Shown piece by piece: positions 1 through 17,529 of a stretch of DNA of 64,000 bases; position 1 is the first letter of the stretch; the number at the start of each line of letters is the position of its first letter. The translations under genes were made by a program, and so were the position numbers. The notes under the pieces were generated by a model. The model was not told the DNA's origin. It saw only the letters and a program-made list of their open reading frames with translations, and did no database searches. This stretch comes from Prochlorococcus sp. AG-355-P16 (GTDB lineage Bacteria > Cyanobacteriota > Cyanobacteriia > PCC-6307 > Cyanobiaceae), in the NCBI GenBank assembly GCA_003278525.1, contig QCEQ01000001.1, forward strand, positions 97,934 to 161,933, given 5' to 3'.

Positions 1-586
1 AAATAATAATTCTTTGTTAATTGCCGATGAAGTATTGACTGGCTTTGGAAGATGTGGAAGCCTTTTTGCGTTTCAAAAGGCAAAAATCATTCCTGATTTA
101 ATAAGTATTTCAAAAGGTTTAACTGGTGGATTTTTACCGATGGGAATAACTTTATGTAAAGAAAAAATTTTTCAATCCTTTATTGATGATTCCCCAAAAA
201 AAACGTTTTGGCATGGACATAGTTTTACTGCTAATCCTTTAGGTTGTGCTGCAGCAAACGCTAGCCTTGATTTATTAGAAAAAGAACCAAAAAAATACCT
301 TTCATTTGAAGAAAAACATTTATCCCATTTAATTAAATTTGAAAACTTACCTTATATAAAAAAGGTAAGGGTATCCGGCACAATTGCTGCCTTCGATTTA
401 GATTTGGGGAACAAAAAAGGTTATTTCAATAATATTGGTAAAGAAATAAAGAGTCTTGCAATGGATCAAGGTTTATTCATTAGGCCTCTCGGGAATGTTA
501 TTTACCTCTTGCCGCCTCTCTGTATAACAGATGATCAATTAGAAAAAAGTTACTGGATAATAAGGCAAATCTTAGACAATCTTTAG
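1..586 (+). CDS. bioA: Adenosylmethionine-8-amino-7-oxononanoate aminotransferase (5'-truncated by window edge)
   Basis: Class-III PLP aminotransferase motifs LIADEVLTGFGR, ISKGLTGG (PLP Lys), FWHGHSFTANP and IRPLGNVIYLLPP. The frame is open upstream of the track start at 14. Confidence 0.92.
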   Translation, partial: NNNSLLIADEVLTGFGRCGSLFAFQKAKIIPDLISISKGLTGGFLPMGITLCKEKIFQSFIDDSPKKTFWHGHSFTANPLGCAAANASLDLLEKEPKKYLSFEEKHLSHLIKFENLPYIKKVRVSGTIAAFDLDLGNKKGYFNNIGKEIKSLAMDQGLFIRPLGNVIYLLPPLCITDDQLEKSYWIIRQILDNL

Positions 587-594
587 ATAGAAAT

Positions 595-852
595 TTAAGG
601 TCCCTGCAGTATTGCATTTTCCACATCTTCTCTATTAATGCAGTAGGAAAATAGCCTTTTAGTTTCTTGTCCTTCACTTTCCCACATAACACTTAAATCT
701 TCTTGTTCAAAAATAATAGTTGCATTCCAATTAGAAAGTAAGAGGTACCATTTAGATGGATTATTAACATCCTTCACAGCACCTAAATCAGTTAGCCACA
801 ATTCCAATGATTGCAGAGAATGTTGGTTAATGGGTTTTTTGGGGAGATTCAC
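595..852 (-). CDS. Conserved cyanobacterial protein (DUF3143-like)
   Basis: HSLQSLELWL...LGA and REDVENAILQGP resemble DUF3143; recognised from memory. Confidence 0.7.
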   Translation of the reverse strand: MNLPKKPINQHSLQSLELWLTDLGAVKDVNNPSKWYLLLSNWNATIIFEQEDLSVMWESEGQETKRLFSYCINREDVENAILQGP

Positions 853-868
853 ATTCTTTTTTAAAGTA

Positions 869-1309
869 TCAATTTACTAACCAGATAGGTATTGTATCTA
901 ATTCTTTGCCAGTAAAAGAGGCAATAAAAACTGAACAAATCAAACTAATAGAAATTATAATAAATAAAAGAAATAACGAAAACAATTCTCCATTTGAAAA
1001 AGGTCTTCTGTTACCTACTAAATTTTTATTATTTGAGTCTATTATTAAATTATTTAAAACTTTAGTATTATGCTTACCTCTAGATTTTTCCTTTAGTTTA
1101 TTATCATATATTTTCCTCAAATTACTATTATTCAAATTTTCATAAGCTTCCAAAACTTCTTGAAATTTACTTTTAGCATCGTCTATTTCTAAAGAAGTTG
1201 TATCAGGATGTAACTCAATAGATAGTTTGCAAAATGCCTTTCTTAATTCATGATTTGAGGCATTTTCATCTACACCTAAAATTTTATAATAAGAAATTTC
1301 CCCTTTCAA
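869..1309 (-). CDS. J-domain (DnaJ-like) protein with C-terminal membrane anchor
   Basis: YYKILGV...LHPD...FQEVLEAYENL J-domain; hydrophobic C-terminal helix; TTG start. Confidence 0.88.
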   Translation of the reverse strand: MKGEISYYKILGVDENASNHELRKAFCKLSIELHPDTTSLEIDDAKSKFQEVLEAYENLNNSNLRKIYDNKLKEKSRGKHNTKVLNNLIIDSNNKNLVGNRRPFSNGELFSLFLLFIIISISLICSVFIASFTGKELDTIPIWLVN

Positions 1310-1398
1310 AATAATCTTTTATTAATATTGTAATTCTAATAAATTTTAAATAAATAGAATGTATTTTATGAATGATAAAAATTTATATTTATAACGAA

Positions 1399-2112
1399 AT
1401 GAAAAAACAAAACATTCCAGAAGAAATTTTCTCCTTAATAACTGAAGAAGAGATAATTATGTTTCAAGAATTACAAATTAAAATTAAAGAATTAAATTCT
1501 AAAACAAACTTAACGAGATTAATTAATGGTAATGATTATTGGGTATCTCAAGTTTTTGACAGTCTTTGGCCCTTTAAAACTTTCCCGAACATTAATTTTG
1601 ATAATAAAAAATTTTTAGATATTGGATCAGGTTGTGGCTTCCCAGGTTTAGCTTATGCCATAACTCATCCTACTTCAGAAATATACCTAGTTGACTCTTC
1701 AAAAAAGAAAACAAATGCTCTAAAAATCTTAATTAAAGAGATCAATTTCAAAAACAATATTCATGTAATTAATGATCGCATTGAGAATTTAGCCCATCAA
1801 TCGTCAATGAGAAATAGTTTCAATATAGCTACTACTAGAGCAGTGAGTAATCCATCAACAGTTTCGGAATATATACTACCAATGCTAAGAAAAGAAGGGT
1901 TAGGGGTTTTATATTGTGGCAAATGGACTGATAAAGAAAATAGAAATCTAGATAAAACTTTAGAAATATTAGGAGGAAAATTTAAAGAGAAAAAGAAGAT
2001 ATCGTTACCAAGCAATAGAGGTACCCGAAATATTATTCTTATTCAACCACAAAATTTCTGCCCTGAAATTTACCCAAGAAAAGTTGGCAAACCTAAGAAA
2101 AATCCATTATGA
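1399..2112 (+). CDS. rsmG: 16S rRNA m7G527 methyltransferase
   Basis: NLTR, LDIGSGCGFPG, RAV and PRKVG motifs of GidB/RsmG. ATG 1399 preferred over the track start 1372. Confidence 0.92.
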   Translation: MKKQNIPEEIFSLITEEEIIMFQELQIKIKELNSKTNLTRLINGNDYWVSQVFDSLWPFKTFPNINFDNKKFLDIGSGCGFPGLAYAITHPTSEIYLVDSSKKKTNALKILIKEINFKNNIHVINDRIENLAHQSSMRNSFNIATTRAVSNPSTVSEYILPMLRKEGLGVLYCGKWTDKENRNLDKTLEILGGKFKEKKKISLPSNRGTRNIILIQPQNFCPEIYPRKVGKPKKNPL

Positions 2113-2114
2113 AA

Positions 2115-3308
2115 TTATTTTTTTGATAATCTTTTAGCAACCTTATCTCCGAACTTCTCTTTTAAAGTTCTCAATTTTTTTATAACTTTTTTTGGATTTG
2201 TATGACCTTCTAATATTTTCAATAATTGTACTTCAGAAACGTCCTTATCTAACAAATTAGAGTTATTTCCTGGGAACCAGTGACTTCCATTTCCAAGCAA
2301 TTGATATCTAGCTTTTGCAAACCCTTCCATATCCAACCAATCAATTAAATTTGAAAGCCAAAGCAGAACAGGAATATTAATATTACCTGGCGTATATTCC
2401 CAACTCGGCAAATTTCTATTCCAATTTTGATGCCACTCTAAACCCAGAGAATTAATTGATTCTTGCCTTAATCTGTTTATTATCTTTGGGACGTACTTTT
2501 CAGATTCTGATAACAACGAAACAGCTTCTAAATGCAAATTAAAATCTGTCTCTTTTGCAATACCAACACTAAGAGTATGCACATTTTGATTTCTTAAGCA
2601 AAAAAGATCGTTAAAAACTATAGGATGAAGTGGCTTACAAAGTTCCAACATTTTGTCTGAGGGAGTATGAAGATGTCCCCCTTTATCAGTGGGGCTTATT
2701 ATAAAAACCCCAAGATCATACTTATTAGCCAAATTTATAACCTTTGTATTTTCTTGATTTATGAAATACCAGTGCAAATTTACATAATCAAAAAAGTTTG
2801 TTGATATGGCCTTCTCAATGAGTGAAGATTTTCCATGAGTTGAAAATCCAATAGAACCAATTAAATTTTCTTTTTGTAAATTTCTTAAAATGTCAATACA
2901 ACCGCCATCTTTAACAGCATGATATAAATGTTCATCTGTATTAATGCCATGTACAGCTAACAAATCAATTCTTTTAACTTTTAATTTTTCAAAACTTGTC
3001 ATAATATCTCTTTTAAAAATTTTTGGATCACTATTTGGAGGAATCTTAGTTTGAATAATATTTGGAATTCTATCTATATTTTTAAAACCCAATCCTAATT
3101 GCACCTCAGAAGTCCCATAATACTTTGCAGTTTCGACATGACTTATGCCATATTTGTTTGCTAAGTTCAATATATTTTCTACTTTATTTTGTTCTTCATT
3201 TGAAATTTCAGAAATATCTAGTTGTTCCCAACTTTTTTGAAATCTCATACCACCTAGAGATAGAATAGGGATCCTCAGATTGGTTCTACCAAATCTCCGA
3301 TATTGCAT
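2115..3308 (-). CDS. Aldo/keto reductase family protein (COG1453-like)
   Basis: MQYRRFGRT...LSLGGMR, ETAKYYGTSE, TK, IDLLAVHG and IGFSTHG AKR motifs. Confidence 0.88.
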   Translation of the reverse strand: MQYRRFGRTNLRIPILSLGGMRFQKSWEQLDISEISNEEQNKVENILNLANKYGISHVETAKYYGTSEVQLGLGFKNIDRIPNIIQTKIPPNSDPKIFKRDIMTSFEKLKVKRIDLLAVHGINTDEHLYHAVKDGGCIDILRNLQKENLIGSIGFSTHGKSSLIEKAISTNFFDYVNLHWYFINQENTKVINLANKYDLGVFIISPTDKGGHLHTPSDKMLELCKPLHPIVFNDLFCLRNQNVHTLSVGIAKETDFNLHLEAVSLLSESEKYVPKIINRLRQESINSLGLEWHQNWNRNLPSWEYTPGNINIPVLLWLSNLIDWLDMEGFAKARYQLLGNGSHWFPGNNSNLLDKDVSEVQLLKILEGHTNPKKVIKKLRTLKEKFGDKVAKRLSKK

Positions 3309-3320
3309 CTTTTAAAAAAA

Positions 3321-3680
3321 TTAATGCTTATTCATTCTTGGAGGTTTTCCAAATGATTGAAACATATCCCTATCGAGGCTATTCTCTAAATCATTTAATT
3401 CTTCAAACTTTACCCAATGAATACAATCAACAGGGCAAGTATCTATTGCCTCTTGTATAACATCAACACTATCACCATCTTGTCTCATTGCTCGGCTTCT
3501 ACCATGAAATTCGTCAACCAAGAAAGTGTTTGAAGCAACGTGTACACAGTATTGACAACCAATGCATTTAGCTTCATCAACCCAAACAGCCTTTTCGGCC
3601 AATTGACCACCTAAAACTGGCTCAAAGCCCGAAATTTCAATACTTTCTTCAAGATTAACGAATGGATCGGTTAAATCCAT
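3321..3680 (-). CDS. Single-cluster 4Fe-4S ferredoxin (DnaJ-Fer-type ferredoxin domain)
   Basis: VWVDEAKCIGCQYC...AIDTCPVDCIHW (CxxCxxC...CP). Confidence 0.88.
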   Translation of the reverse strand: MDLTDPFVNLEESIEISGFEPVLGGQLAEKAVWVDEAKCIGCQYCVHVASNTFLVDEFHGRSRAMRQDGDSVDVIQEAIDTCPVDCIHWVKFEELNDLENSLDRDMFQSFGKPPRMNKH

Positions 3681-3689
3681 AATATGAAA

Positions 3690-4082
3690 TTAGTTATCCC
3701 ACTTGGTTAAAACCAATTCAATTGAGCCGTCATTTTGGTTTTTTTGTTCTACGATTTGATAACCATCCTCTTTTGTTTTGGAAATAATTGTTTCGTAAGC
3801 ATACATTTGGGTAACCTTAGAGATAAATCTTTCTACTGGAAGATGAAATTTCCACAGGTCTAGATCAGTGACTAACTCATATGAATTTGAAGTATTATCC
3901 CATTTAAATCCAACTTTAGTTTCTCCAGGAAGATTCATGCTTATATCAACAGCAGTAAATTTACCTCTATAGCCTTTAACAAACTTTTCTTCTTGGTTGA
4001 TCATGTAGCCAAGACTATTTAAGGCTTTAATTAATGGCTCGGCATCTTTGAGCTGAGTTTTTATCGTACTAAAGTGTGACAT
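3690..4082 (-). CDS. ycf35: DUF1257 / Ycf35 family protein
   Basis: MSHFSTIKT N-terminus; YELVTDLDLW; DGSIELVLTKW C-terminus. Confidence 0.82.
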   Translation of the reverse strand: MSHFSTIKTQLKDAEPLIKALNSLGYMINQEEKFVKGYRGKFTAVDISMNLPGETKVGFKWDNTSNSYELVTDLDLWKFHLPVERFISKVTQMYAYETIISKTKEDGYQIVEQKNQNDGSIELVLTKWDN

Positions 4083-4284
4083 TAGATTCGTAGTTGATTT
4101 TTTTTAATTTTTCATTTTGATTGGAGATAAAAGCATCAGAAGTTTTATTTTTAACTGTTACTTTACCAAGAGCATCTTCAAGATTTCGTGTGGCATCATT
4201 ACAGGAATTACCAGTAAAACCTTCTACTGTCTCTTCAACTCTTCCGTCTTGATGAATTTTGAATCTCAATGTTTTTTGAGGCAT
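4069..4284 (-). CDS. DUF2997 family protein
   Basis: FKIHQDGRVEETVEGFTGNSC...TRNLEDALG. ATG 4284 preferred over TTG 4293; overlaps ycf35 by 14 nt. Confidence 0.82.
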   Translation of the reverse strand: MPQKTLRFKIHQDGRVEETVEGFTGNSCNDATRNLEDALGKVTVKNKTSDAFISNQNEKLKKINYESNVTL

Positions 4285-4433
4285 TAAATTCAAGTACTAA
4301 GTACTTTTACTTTATATAGAATAACGAAATTTTTTTGTTTCAGTTGGTACAAGTTAATTAATTTTAATTTTTATATTGAATATCTGATAAATAAACTCTT
4401 TCAGTCGTGTGCTTATCAAAAAAATTAAGAAGT

Positions 4434-5201
4434 TTAGTTATAAAAACCTTGCATCCCCATTGAATCTAAGGCAGTTTTTGCTTCTTCCATAACAGAAGGT
4501 TCTTTATCGAAAAGAGCTATCTTGGTACATTCATCAACGAAACTTTCTTGAAATGTATTGTTTAATTTTTCGTACAATCTACACAATGACCAAATGCAAT
4601 TACTTCTTACACCTGGTTCATTATCTATTTTTAAACTTATTAAAAGTTGTTCTGCTACCAATTGAGCATTTTCCACAGAAACATTGCCGATTTCAGCTAA
4701 AGAACTAGATGACCATAACCTTACTGCAGCTACATCGTTCTTCAGAGCATTTATTAATGGCTTCAAAACAATTTGATTATCATAATTAGCCAAACTCCAT
4801 GCAGTTGCTCTTCTGACATAAGCATTATCGTCAGTCTCCAAAAGACTGACAAGTTTCTCGACGGCGCTAGGACATGGATTACGACCTAAAGCATATACCA
4901 CACTCATTCTCTCAACAGGACAAGGTTGGTCAAGTAATGGTAACAAAAGAGGAAAAGATCTTGAATCTCTGTATTCACAAAATATTCTTAAGCCCTGTAT
5001 TCTTTCCTCTCTGTTACCTTTGAGCATTTTTAATGCTGCATTGCATTCTTGAGTTATGTTTAAACCTTTTGGAAAAGATTCTTCATCAATTTGTTCTAAA
5101 GGATCTATTTCAATTTCTAAAGCTAATTCTCTCGCTAAAACTTCTGGATCAACAGCGATATCAACTAAGCTTTCTTTATTAGTATCCTTATTTTTTGTCA
5201 T
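4434..5201 (-). CDS. HEAT-repeat (PBS lyase HEAT-like) protein
   Basis: Repeated VRxxAAWxLxx/ERxSVVYALG HEAT units. Start moved to ATG 5201 because the longer ORF overlaps the upstream small gene. Confidence 0.85.
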   Translation of the reverse strand: MTKNKDTNKESLVDIAVDPEVLARELALEIEIDPLEQIDEESFPKGLNITQECNAALKMLKGNREERIQGLRIFCEYRDSRSFPLLLPLLDQPCPVERMSVVYALGRNPCPSAVEKLVSLLETDDNAYVRRATAWSLANYDNQIVLKPLINALKNDVAAVRLWSSSSLAEIGNVSVENAQLVAEQLLISLKIDNEPGVRSNCIWSLCRLYEKLNNTFQESFVDECTKIALFDKEPSVMEEAKTALDSMGMQGFYN

Positions 5202-5218
5202 TTTAAAAACTAAAAATA

Positions 5219-5344
5219 TTAATTTATGGGAGCAGGAGACATCATATCTCCTGGTAACCAAATTCTTGCACTTACCGCAAAGAAAGCAATCCCAAAAAGT
5301 GAGACGATAGCGAAAGGTAAAATTTTTGTCTTTATAAAACCCAA
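5219..5344 (-). CDS. 41-aa conserved cyanobacterial single-TM protein (not in ORF track)
   Basis: Manual translation TTG 5344 to TAA 5219: MGFIKTKILPFAIVSLFGIAFFAVSARIWLPGDMMSPAPIN; hydrophobic helix plus AVSARIWLPxDMxxPAP motif recalled from cyanobacterial small proteins. Confidence 0.75.
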   Translation of the reverse strand: MGFIKTKILPFAIVSLFGIAFFAVSARIWLPGDMMSPAPIN

Positions 5345-5413
5345 AGATTTAAGATTAATTAAAACAATAATAACCTGTTTAAGAAACTTTTAAAAAATTT
5401 TTAATGGATAATA

Positions 5414-6472
<1,059 letters not shown>

Positions 6473-6489
6473 TTATTTCAAAACTATTT

Positions 6490-6645
<156 letters not shown>

Positions 6646-6696
6646 TTACAAATTTAAAAATTCATTCTAGTCACTAAAAATAAGAATAGAAAATAT

Positions 6697-10824
<4,128 letters not shown>

Positions 10825-10831
10825 TTAAAGA

Positions 10832-12751
<1,920 letters not shown>

Positions 12752-12773
12752 TTAAAAGGTTTTAGTTGAGTAT

Positions 12774-15700
12774 TTAATCTTCCTCATATTCAGAGGTTCC
12801 GAGTGATTCGTAAGTTGGCCTTGATGGAGTATTCCTTCTCGGATTAACATCTTGCATTAAATCTACCTCTTTCCCTTCATCTGTATAAACCCCTATATCC
12901 AAGCCAAGAGATTGCAATTCCCTCATAAGAACTTTAAATGACTCAGGAGTACCAGGCCTTGGGATCGGTTTACCTTTTACTATCGCATTAAGCGCTTCAT
13001 TTCTTCCTTGCATGTCATCAGATTTAACTGTTAACAATTCCTGGAGAGTATAAGCGGCCCCATAAGCTTCAAGAGCCCATACTTCCATTTCTCCAAGCCT
13101 TTGTCCACCTTGTTGAGCTTTACCACCCAATGGTTGCTGTGTGACCAAAGAATAAGGGCCAGTAGATCTAGCATGAATTTTATCATCCACCAGATGGACT
13201 AACTTGAGGAAGTGAGAGTATCCAACAGCAACTGGCTGATCGAAGGGCTCACCTGTTCTACCATCTTTAAGTAATAACTTTCCGGGATCTTCAGGATTAT
13301 AAACCCATCCTTTACCAGGCTGTTTTGAAGCTTCCTCTAAAAACGCTTGAACAGTTTGATGAGATTTTTCAGCTCCATACATTTCATCAAAAGGAACAAC
13401 TTTAACTCGGCAATTTAAGTTAGAAGCTGCCCATCCCATCAATAATTCAAAAACTTGACCTACATTCATCCTGCTAGGAACTCCTAAAGGATTAAGAACT
13501 ATGTCTACAGGCGTTCCATCAGGTAAATAGGGCATATCTTCTCTTGGCAAGATTCTGCTAATAATCCCCTTATTTCCATGTCTTCCAGCCATTTTGTCAC
13601 CTACTTGAATTTTCCTTCTCTGAGCCACATAAACTCTAACAACCATATTGGCTCCTGGAGGTAATTCATCACCTTGTTCTCTAGTGTAAATGCGAACATC
13701 CAAGACCCTTCCTTTTTCAGTTTTAGGTACCCTGAGGGAATTGTCTCTAACATCTCGAGCTTTTTCACCGAAAATAGCTCTTAAAAGTTTTTCTTCAGGT
13801 GGTTGGTCTGATTCCCCTTTTGGAGTAACTTTTCCTACGAGAATATCTCCACTTTCAACAAAAGCACCAATCCTAATAATGCCCATCTCATCAAGATTAT
13901 TTAAGCTTTCTTCTGAAATATTGGGAATCTCCCTAGTGATTTCTTCAGGACCTAGCTTCGTTTGTCTTGCTTCAATTTCATATTTTTCAATATGTACTGA
14001 AGTATATAAATCATCAGTAACCATCCTCTCGCTCACAAGAATTGCATCTTCGTAGTTATATCCCTCCCAGGGCATGTAAGCAATTAAAACGTTTTGGCCA
14101 AGGGCTATTTCACCTCCCTCACATGCGGATCCATCTGCCAAAACTTGTCCAGATATAACTTTATCTCCAATTTTCACTATAGGTCTTTGGTTGAGGCAAG
14201 TATCTTGATTTGATCTTTGATATTTCTGAAGATAGTGAAAATGTTCATCGCCTTTGTCATCTTTGACGACAATCTCATTAGCGTCTACGTAGGATACAGT
14301 TCCATTAACTTTTGTTATGGGAACCATCCCAGAATCTCTTGCAACTTGGGATTCTAAACCTGTACCAACTAAAGGTCGTTCTGGCCTGAGCAATGGAACG
14401 GCTTGACGTTGCATATTTGATCCCATCAGAGCTCTATTAGCATCATCATGTTCCAAGAAAGGAATAAGTGAAGTAGCAACTGAAATTACCTGAACCGGAG
14501 AAAGCTGAACGTAATCAACTTGATGGGGAGGAACTTTTTCAAAATCCTGTCTATATCTTACTGGTATTAAATTTGCGATTATATTGCCATCATTATCAGT
14601 CGCGACGTCTCCTGGAGCCACCCTACACTCATCTTCTAAATCAGCAGAAAGATAAACAGGATTACCCTCTTTATTAACCCTACCATTATTAACTTCCCAA
14701 AAAGGTGTTTCAATAAAACCATACTCATTAACTCTTGCGTGGGTAGCTAAAGAATTTATAAGGCCTGCATTAGGACCTTCAGGAGTCTCAATAGGACATA
14801 ATCTTCCATAATGTGAAGGGTGTATATCTCTTACCGCAAAACCTGCTCTTTCTCGAGTTAAACCTCCTGGACCTAATGCTGAGATTCTTCTTTTATGCGT
14901 TAATTCAGCCAGAGGATTAGTTTGATCCATGAACTGACTTAATTGACTGGAACCAAAAAATTCCTTTATTGCTGCAACCAAAGGTTTGGGATTAACTAGT
15001 TGAGCCGGGGTTAGAGAATCTGTTTCTCCTACAGTCATTCTCTCTTTGATAATCCTCTCTAAACGATTTAGTCCAACCCTGACTTGATTTTGAAGAAGTT
15101 CTCCAACAGATCTAACCCTTCGATTACCAAGGTGGTCAATATCATCCAAACTAGCTCCGCCAACATCCAACTCTAGGTTAATTAAATAATCAATGGTAGA
15201 AAGAACATCTTCATGGGTAAGTGTTCTTACATCGTCTGGGACTGTAAGTCTCAATTTTTTATTTATTTTATATCTCCCAACTCGGCCTAAATCATATCTT
15301 TTTGGATCAAAAAATCTACTATGTAATAGCTGTTGTCCACCAGAGACAGAGGGCGGCTCACCAGGACGTAGCTTCTTGTATAGCTCAAGTAATGCTTGAT
15401 CTTCTGAATTTATACCCTCGTCATTAGCTGACTCAATTGATTTTTGATAAAACTCAGGATGCCTAATTTTATCTACCACATCATTATCTGAAAGACCCAT
15501 CGCTCTCATGAGGACGTGAGCATTAATTTTTCTAGTTTTATCAACCCTCACATAAAGTAAATTATTCTTGTCAGTCTCGAATTTTAACCATGCACCTCTA
15601 TTAGGAATTACGCTAGCATTGTAAGTCCTTCGACCATTTTTATCCAGTTCATCTTTGAAATATACTCCAGGACTGCGAACGATTTGATTAACAATAACTC

Positions 15701-16067
15701 TCTCTGCACCATTAATGATAAAAGTTCCTCTTTCAGTCATTAATGGTAATTCGCCTATAAATACTTCTTGTTCTTTAATTTCCCCTGTCTCTTTATTAAT
15801 TAGTCTACAAGTTACATACATTTGTGATGCAAATGTAGCATCTCTTCTTTTAGCTTCTTCAACATCATGTCTAGGTCTTTTTAACCTGTATTCTTCACCA
15901 ATAAAATGTAATTCTAATTTACCTGTGTAATCAGAAATAGGAGAAAAATTTTGTAGTTCTTCTATTAAACCCTTTTCCAAAAACCATTTAAAGCTTGCTC
16001 TTTGTACTTCAACTAAATCTGGTAGATAAGTAGCTGTTTTTGCTACCTGTAAAGCGCTACTGCTCAT
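12774..16067 (-). CDS. rpoB: RNA polymerase beta subunit
   Basis: [34 protein letters not shown] and GGQRLGEME. Confidence 0.98.
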   Translation of the reverse strand: MSSSALQVAKTATYLPDLVEVQRASFKWFLEKGLIEELQNFSPISDYTGKLELHFIGEEYRLKRPRHDVEEAKRRDATFASQMYVTCRLINKETGEIKEQEVFIGELPLMTERGTFIINGAERVIVNQIVRSPGVYFKDELDKNGRRTYNASVIPNRGAWLKFETDKNNLLYVRVDKTRKINAHVLMRAMGLSDNDVVDKIRHPEFYQKSIESANDEGINSEDQALLELYKKLRPGEPPSVSGGQQLLHSRFFDPKRYDLGRVGRYKINKKLRLTVPDDVRTLTHEDVLSTIDYLINLELDVGGASLDDIDHLGNRRVRSVGELLQNQVRVGLNRLERIIKERMTVGETDSLTPAQLVNPKPLVAAIKEFFGSSQLSQFMDQTNPLAELTHKRRISALGPGGLTRERAGFAVRDIHPSHYGRLCPIETPEGPNAGLINSLATHARVNEYGFIETPFWEVNNGRVNKEGNPVYLSADLEDECRVAPGDVATDNDGNIIANLIPVRYRQDFEKVPPHQVDYVQLSPVQVISVATSLIPFLEHDDANRALMGSNMQRQAVPLLRPERPLVGTGLESQVARDSGMVPITKVNGTVSYVDANEIVVKDDKGDEHFHYLQKYQRSNQDTCLNQRPIVKIGDKVISGQVLADGSACEGGEIALGQNVLIAYMPWEGYNYEDAILVSERMVTDDLYTSVHIEKYEIEARQTKLGPEEITREIPNISEESLNNLDEMGIIRIGAFVESGDILVGKVTPKGESDQPPEEKLLRAIFGEKARDVRDNSLRVPKTEKGRVLDVRIYTREQGDELPPGANMVVRVYVAQRRKIQVGDKMAGRHGNKGIISRILPREDMPYLPDGTPVDIVLNPLGVPSRMNVGQVFELLMGWAASNLNCRVKVVPFDEMYGAEKSHQTVQAFLEEASKQPGKGWVYNPEDPGKLLLKDGRTGEPFDQPVAVGYSHFLKLVHLVDDKIHARSTGPYSLVTQQPLGGKAQQGGQRLGEMEVWALEAYGAAYTLQELLTVKSDDMQGRNEALNAIVKGKPIPRPGTPESFKVLMRELQSLGLDIGVYTDEGKEVDLMQDVNPRRNTPSRPTYESLGTSEYEED

Positions 16068-16303
16068 CCAAGAAAACCTGCGATTTTGTGAGATTTACTA
16101 TTTACTTTTAATCTACTCAATAATTAGTTCTTTAACTTTTCACTATGAATGAGAACAAATATTAAATCTCGATTTCAACAAAAATCAATTTTAATAAATG
16201 AGAATTAAATTTTATCTAATGTCGATAAATCATCTATAGAGCAAGTTAAAGCTAAAAAATCAAGAAAAATTTCCAGTAATTCCTAATATTAACAGCTGCT
16301 ATG

Positions 16304-17098
16304 TCAAATTAACAAGTCAAATTTAAACAAATCTTCAGCATTCTTAGATGACTCTCTAGCAATTGTGATTAATTCAGTAGATCTTAAATCTGCCATAAAA
16401 TTGGCAACATTTTCAACAAATGCAGGTTCATTTCTTTTACCCCTATGAGGAACAGGAGCTAAAAATGGTGAGTCAGTTTCAATTAGATATTTATCATTTG
16501 GGACTATTTTGGCACACTCATGTATTTCATATGCTTTTGGGAAAGTTACTATTCCACTAAAACTTATGTAAAATCCAAGATCCAAGAATTGATTCATTTC
16601 TTTTGGGGTACCTGTCCAACAATGAAGTACGCCATTTGGACATTTTCCTTTTTTAGAGAGATCACTACATATCTCGATCATTTCATTTGCAGCGTCTCTG
16701 CAATGGATAATTACGGGTAATTTAAGCTCATGAGCTAACTCCATTTGCGGAATAAGTGCTTTAATTTGCTGAGTTTTATTTTTATTTTTAAAAAAATCCA
16801 AGCCTAATTCCCCAATGGCTACAACTCTTCTATCTTCTTGTGCTGATTTTCTTAAAAGAGATTGTGAGCTTTCTTCCCATTTTTTTGCCTCTAACGGATG
16901 CAAACCAACTGAGTAGAAAATTTCATTAAAGTCATGAGATATTTGTTTCAACTTTGGAATTTCTGCTAATTCACAACAAGCATGAACTAATTTTTTTACA
17001 CCTTTAGAACGTAATCTTAAAACAACATCTTTAAGATCTTTTTCGAAATTTTCAAATATTAAATGACAGTGAGAGTCTATGAGTTCGATATCGCTCAT
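16304..17098 (-). CDS. tatD: TatD family DNase
   Basis: IDSHCH, GLHP, AIGELGLD, IHCR, LHC and ETDSPFLAP. Confidence 0.93.
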   Translation of the reverse strand: MSDIELIDSHCHLIFENFEKDLKDVVLRLRSKGVKKLVHACCELAEIPKLKQISHDFNEIFYSVGLHPLEAKKWEESSQSLLRKSAQEDRRVVAIGELGLDFFKNKNKTQQIKALIPQMELAHELKLPVIIHCRDAANEMIEICSDLSKKGKCPNGVLHCWTGTPKEMNQFLDLGFYISFSGIVTFPKAYEIHECAKIVPNDKYLIETDSPFLAPVPHRGKRNEPAFVENVANFMADLRSTELITIARESSKNAEDLFKFDLLI

Positions 17099-17115
17099 AA
17101 TTTTGGTCTACCTTT

Positions 17116-17409
17116 TTACTTGCTAGTAAGTGTAGTTTTTACAAAATTGTTGATTTTCGATTTTTTATTAGCACCGTTATTCTTGTGAAGAATATTTTTT
17201 TTAACTGCTTTATCAATTAAACTAAAAGCTTTATTGAGACTTGTTTTAACTAAATCTTTATTATCATCATTAGGGTTTTTTTTATATTTTTCGCAATTCT
17301 CTAATGTTTTTTTTGTTAAAGTTCTAACAGTAGATTTATATGACTTATTTATTAAACGATTTCTTTCGGCAATTTGTATTCTTTTTTTTGCTGATGTGTT
17401 GTTGGCCAC
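17116..17409 (-). CDS. rpsT: 30S ribosomal protein S20
   Basis: MANNTSAKKRI...IDKAVKKNILHKN; GTG start. Confidence 0.95.
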   Translation of the reverse strand: MANNTSAKKRIQIAERNRLINKSYKSTVRTLTKKTLENCEKYKKNPNDDNKDLVKTSLNKAFSLIDKAVKKNILHKNNGANKKSKINNFVKTTLTSK

Positions 17410-17529
17410 AGAGGGTATATTATTAGAAGATCCTTATCATAACAAATAAATCGACTACTAATCAATCATATATACTTTAGAAAGTTATTTAGTTGGGTTT
17501 GAGCCTTTCAATTTGAAAAAATTAAGCAC

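Noticed and set aside
4292-4306. AAGTACTAAGTACTT as a LexA box
   Set aside because: GTAC-N3-GTAC spacing does not fit the cyanobacterial GTAC-N4-GTWC consensus.
5202-5310. N-terminal extension of the HEAT ORF and plus-strand ORF 5056..5310
   Set aside because: Both overlap the 41-aa membrane gene or the HEAT gene; shadow frames.
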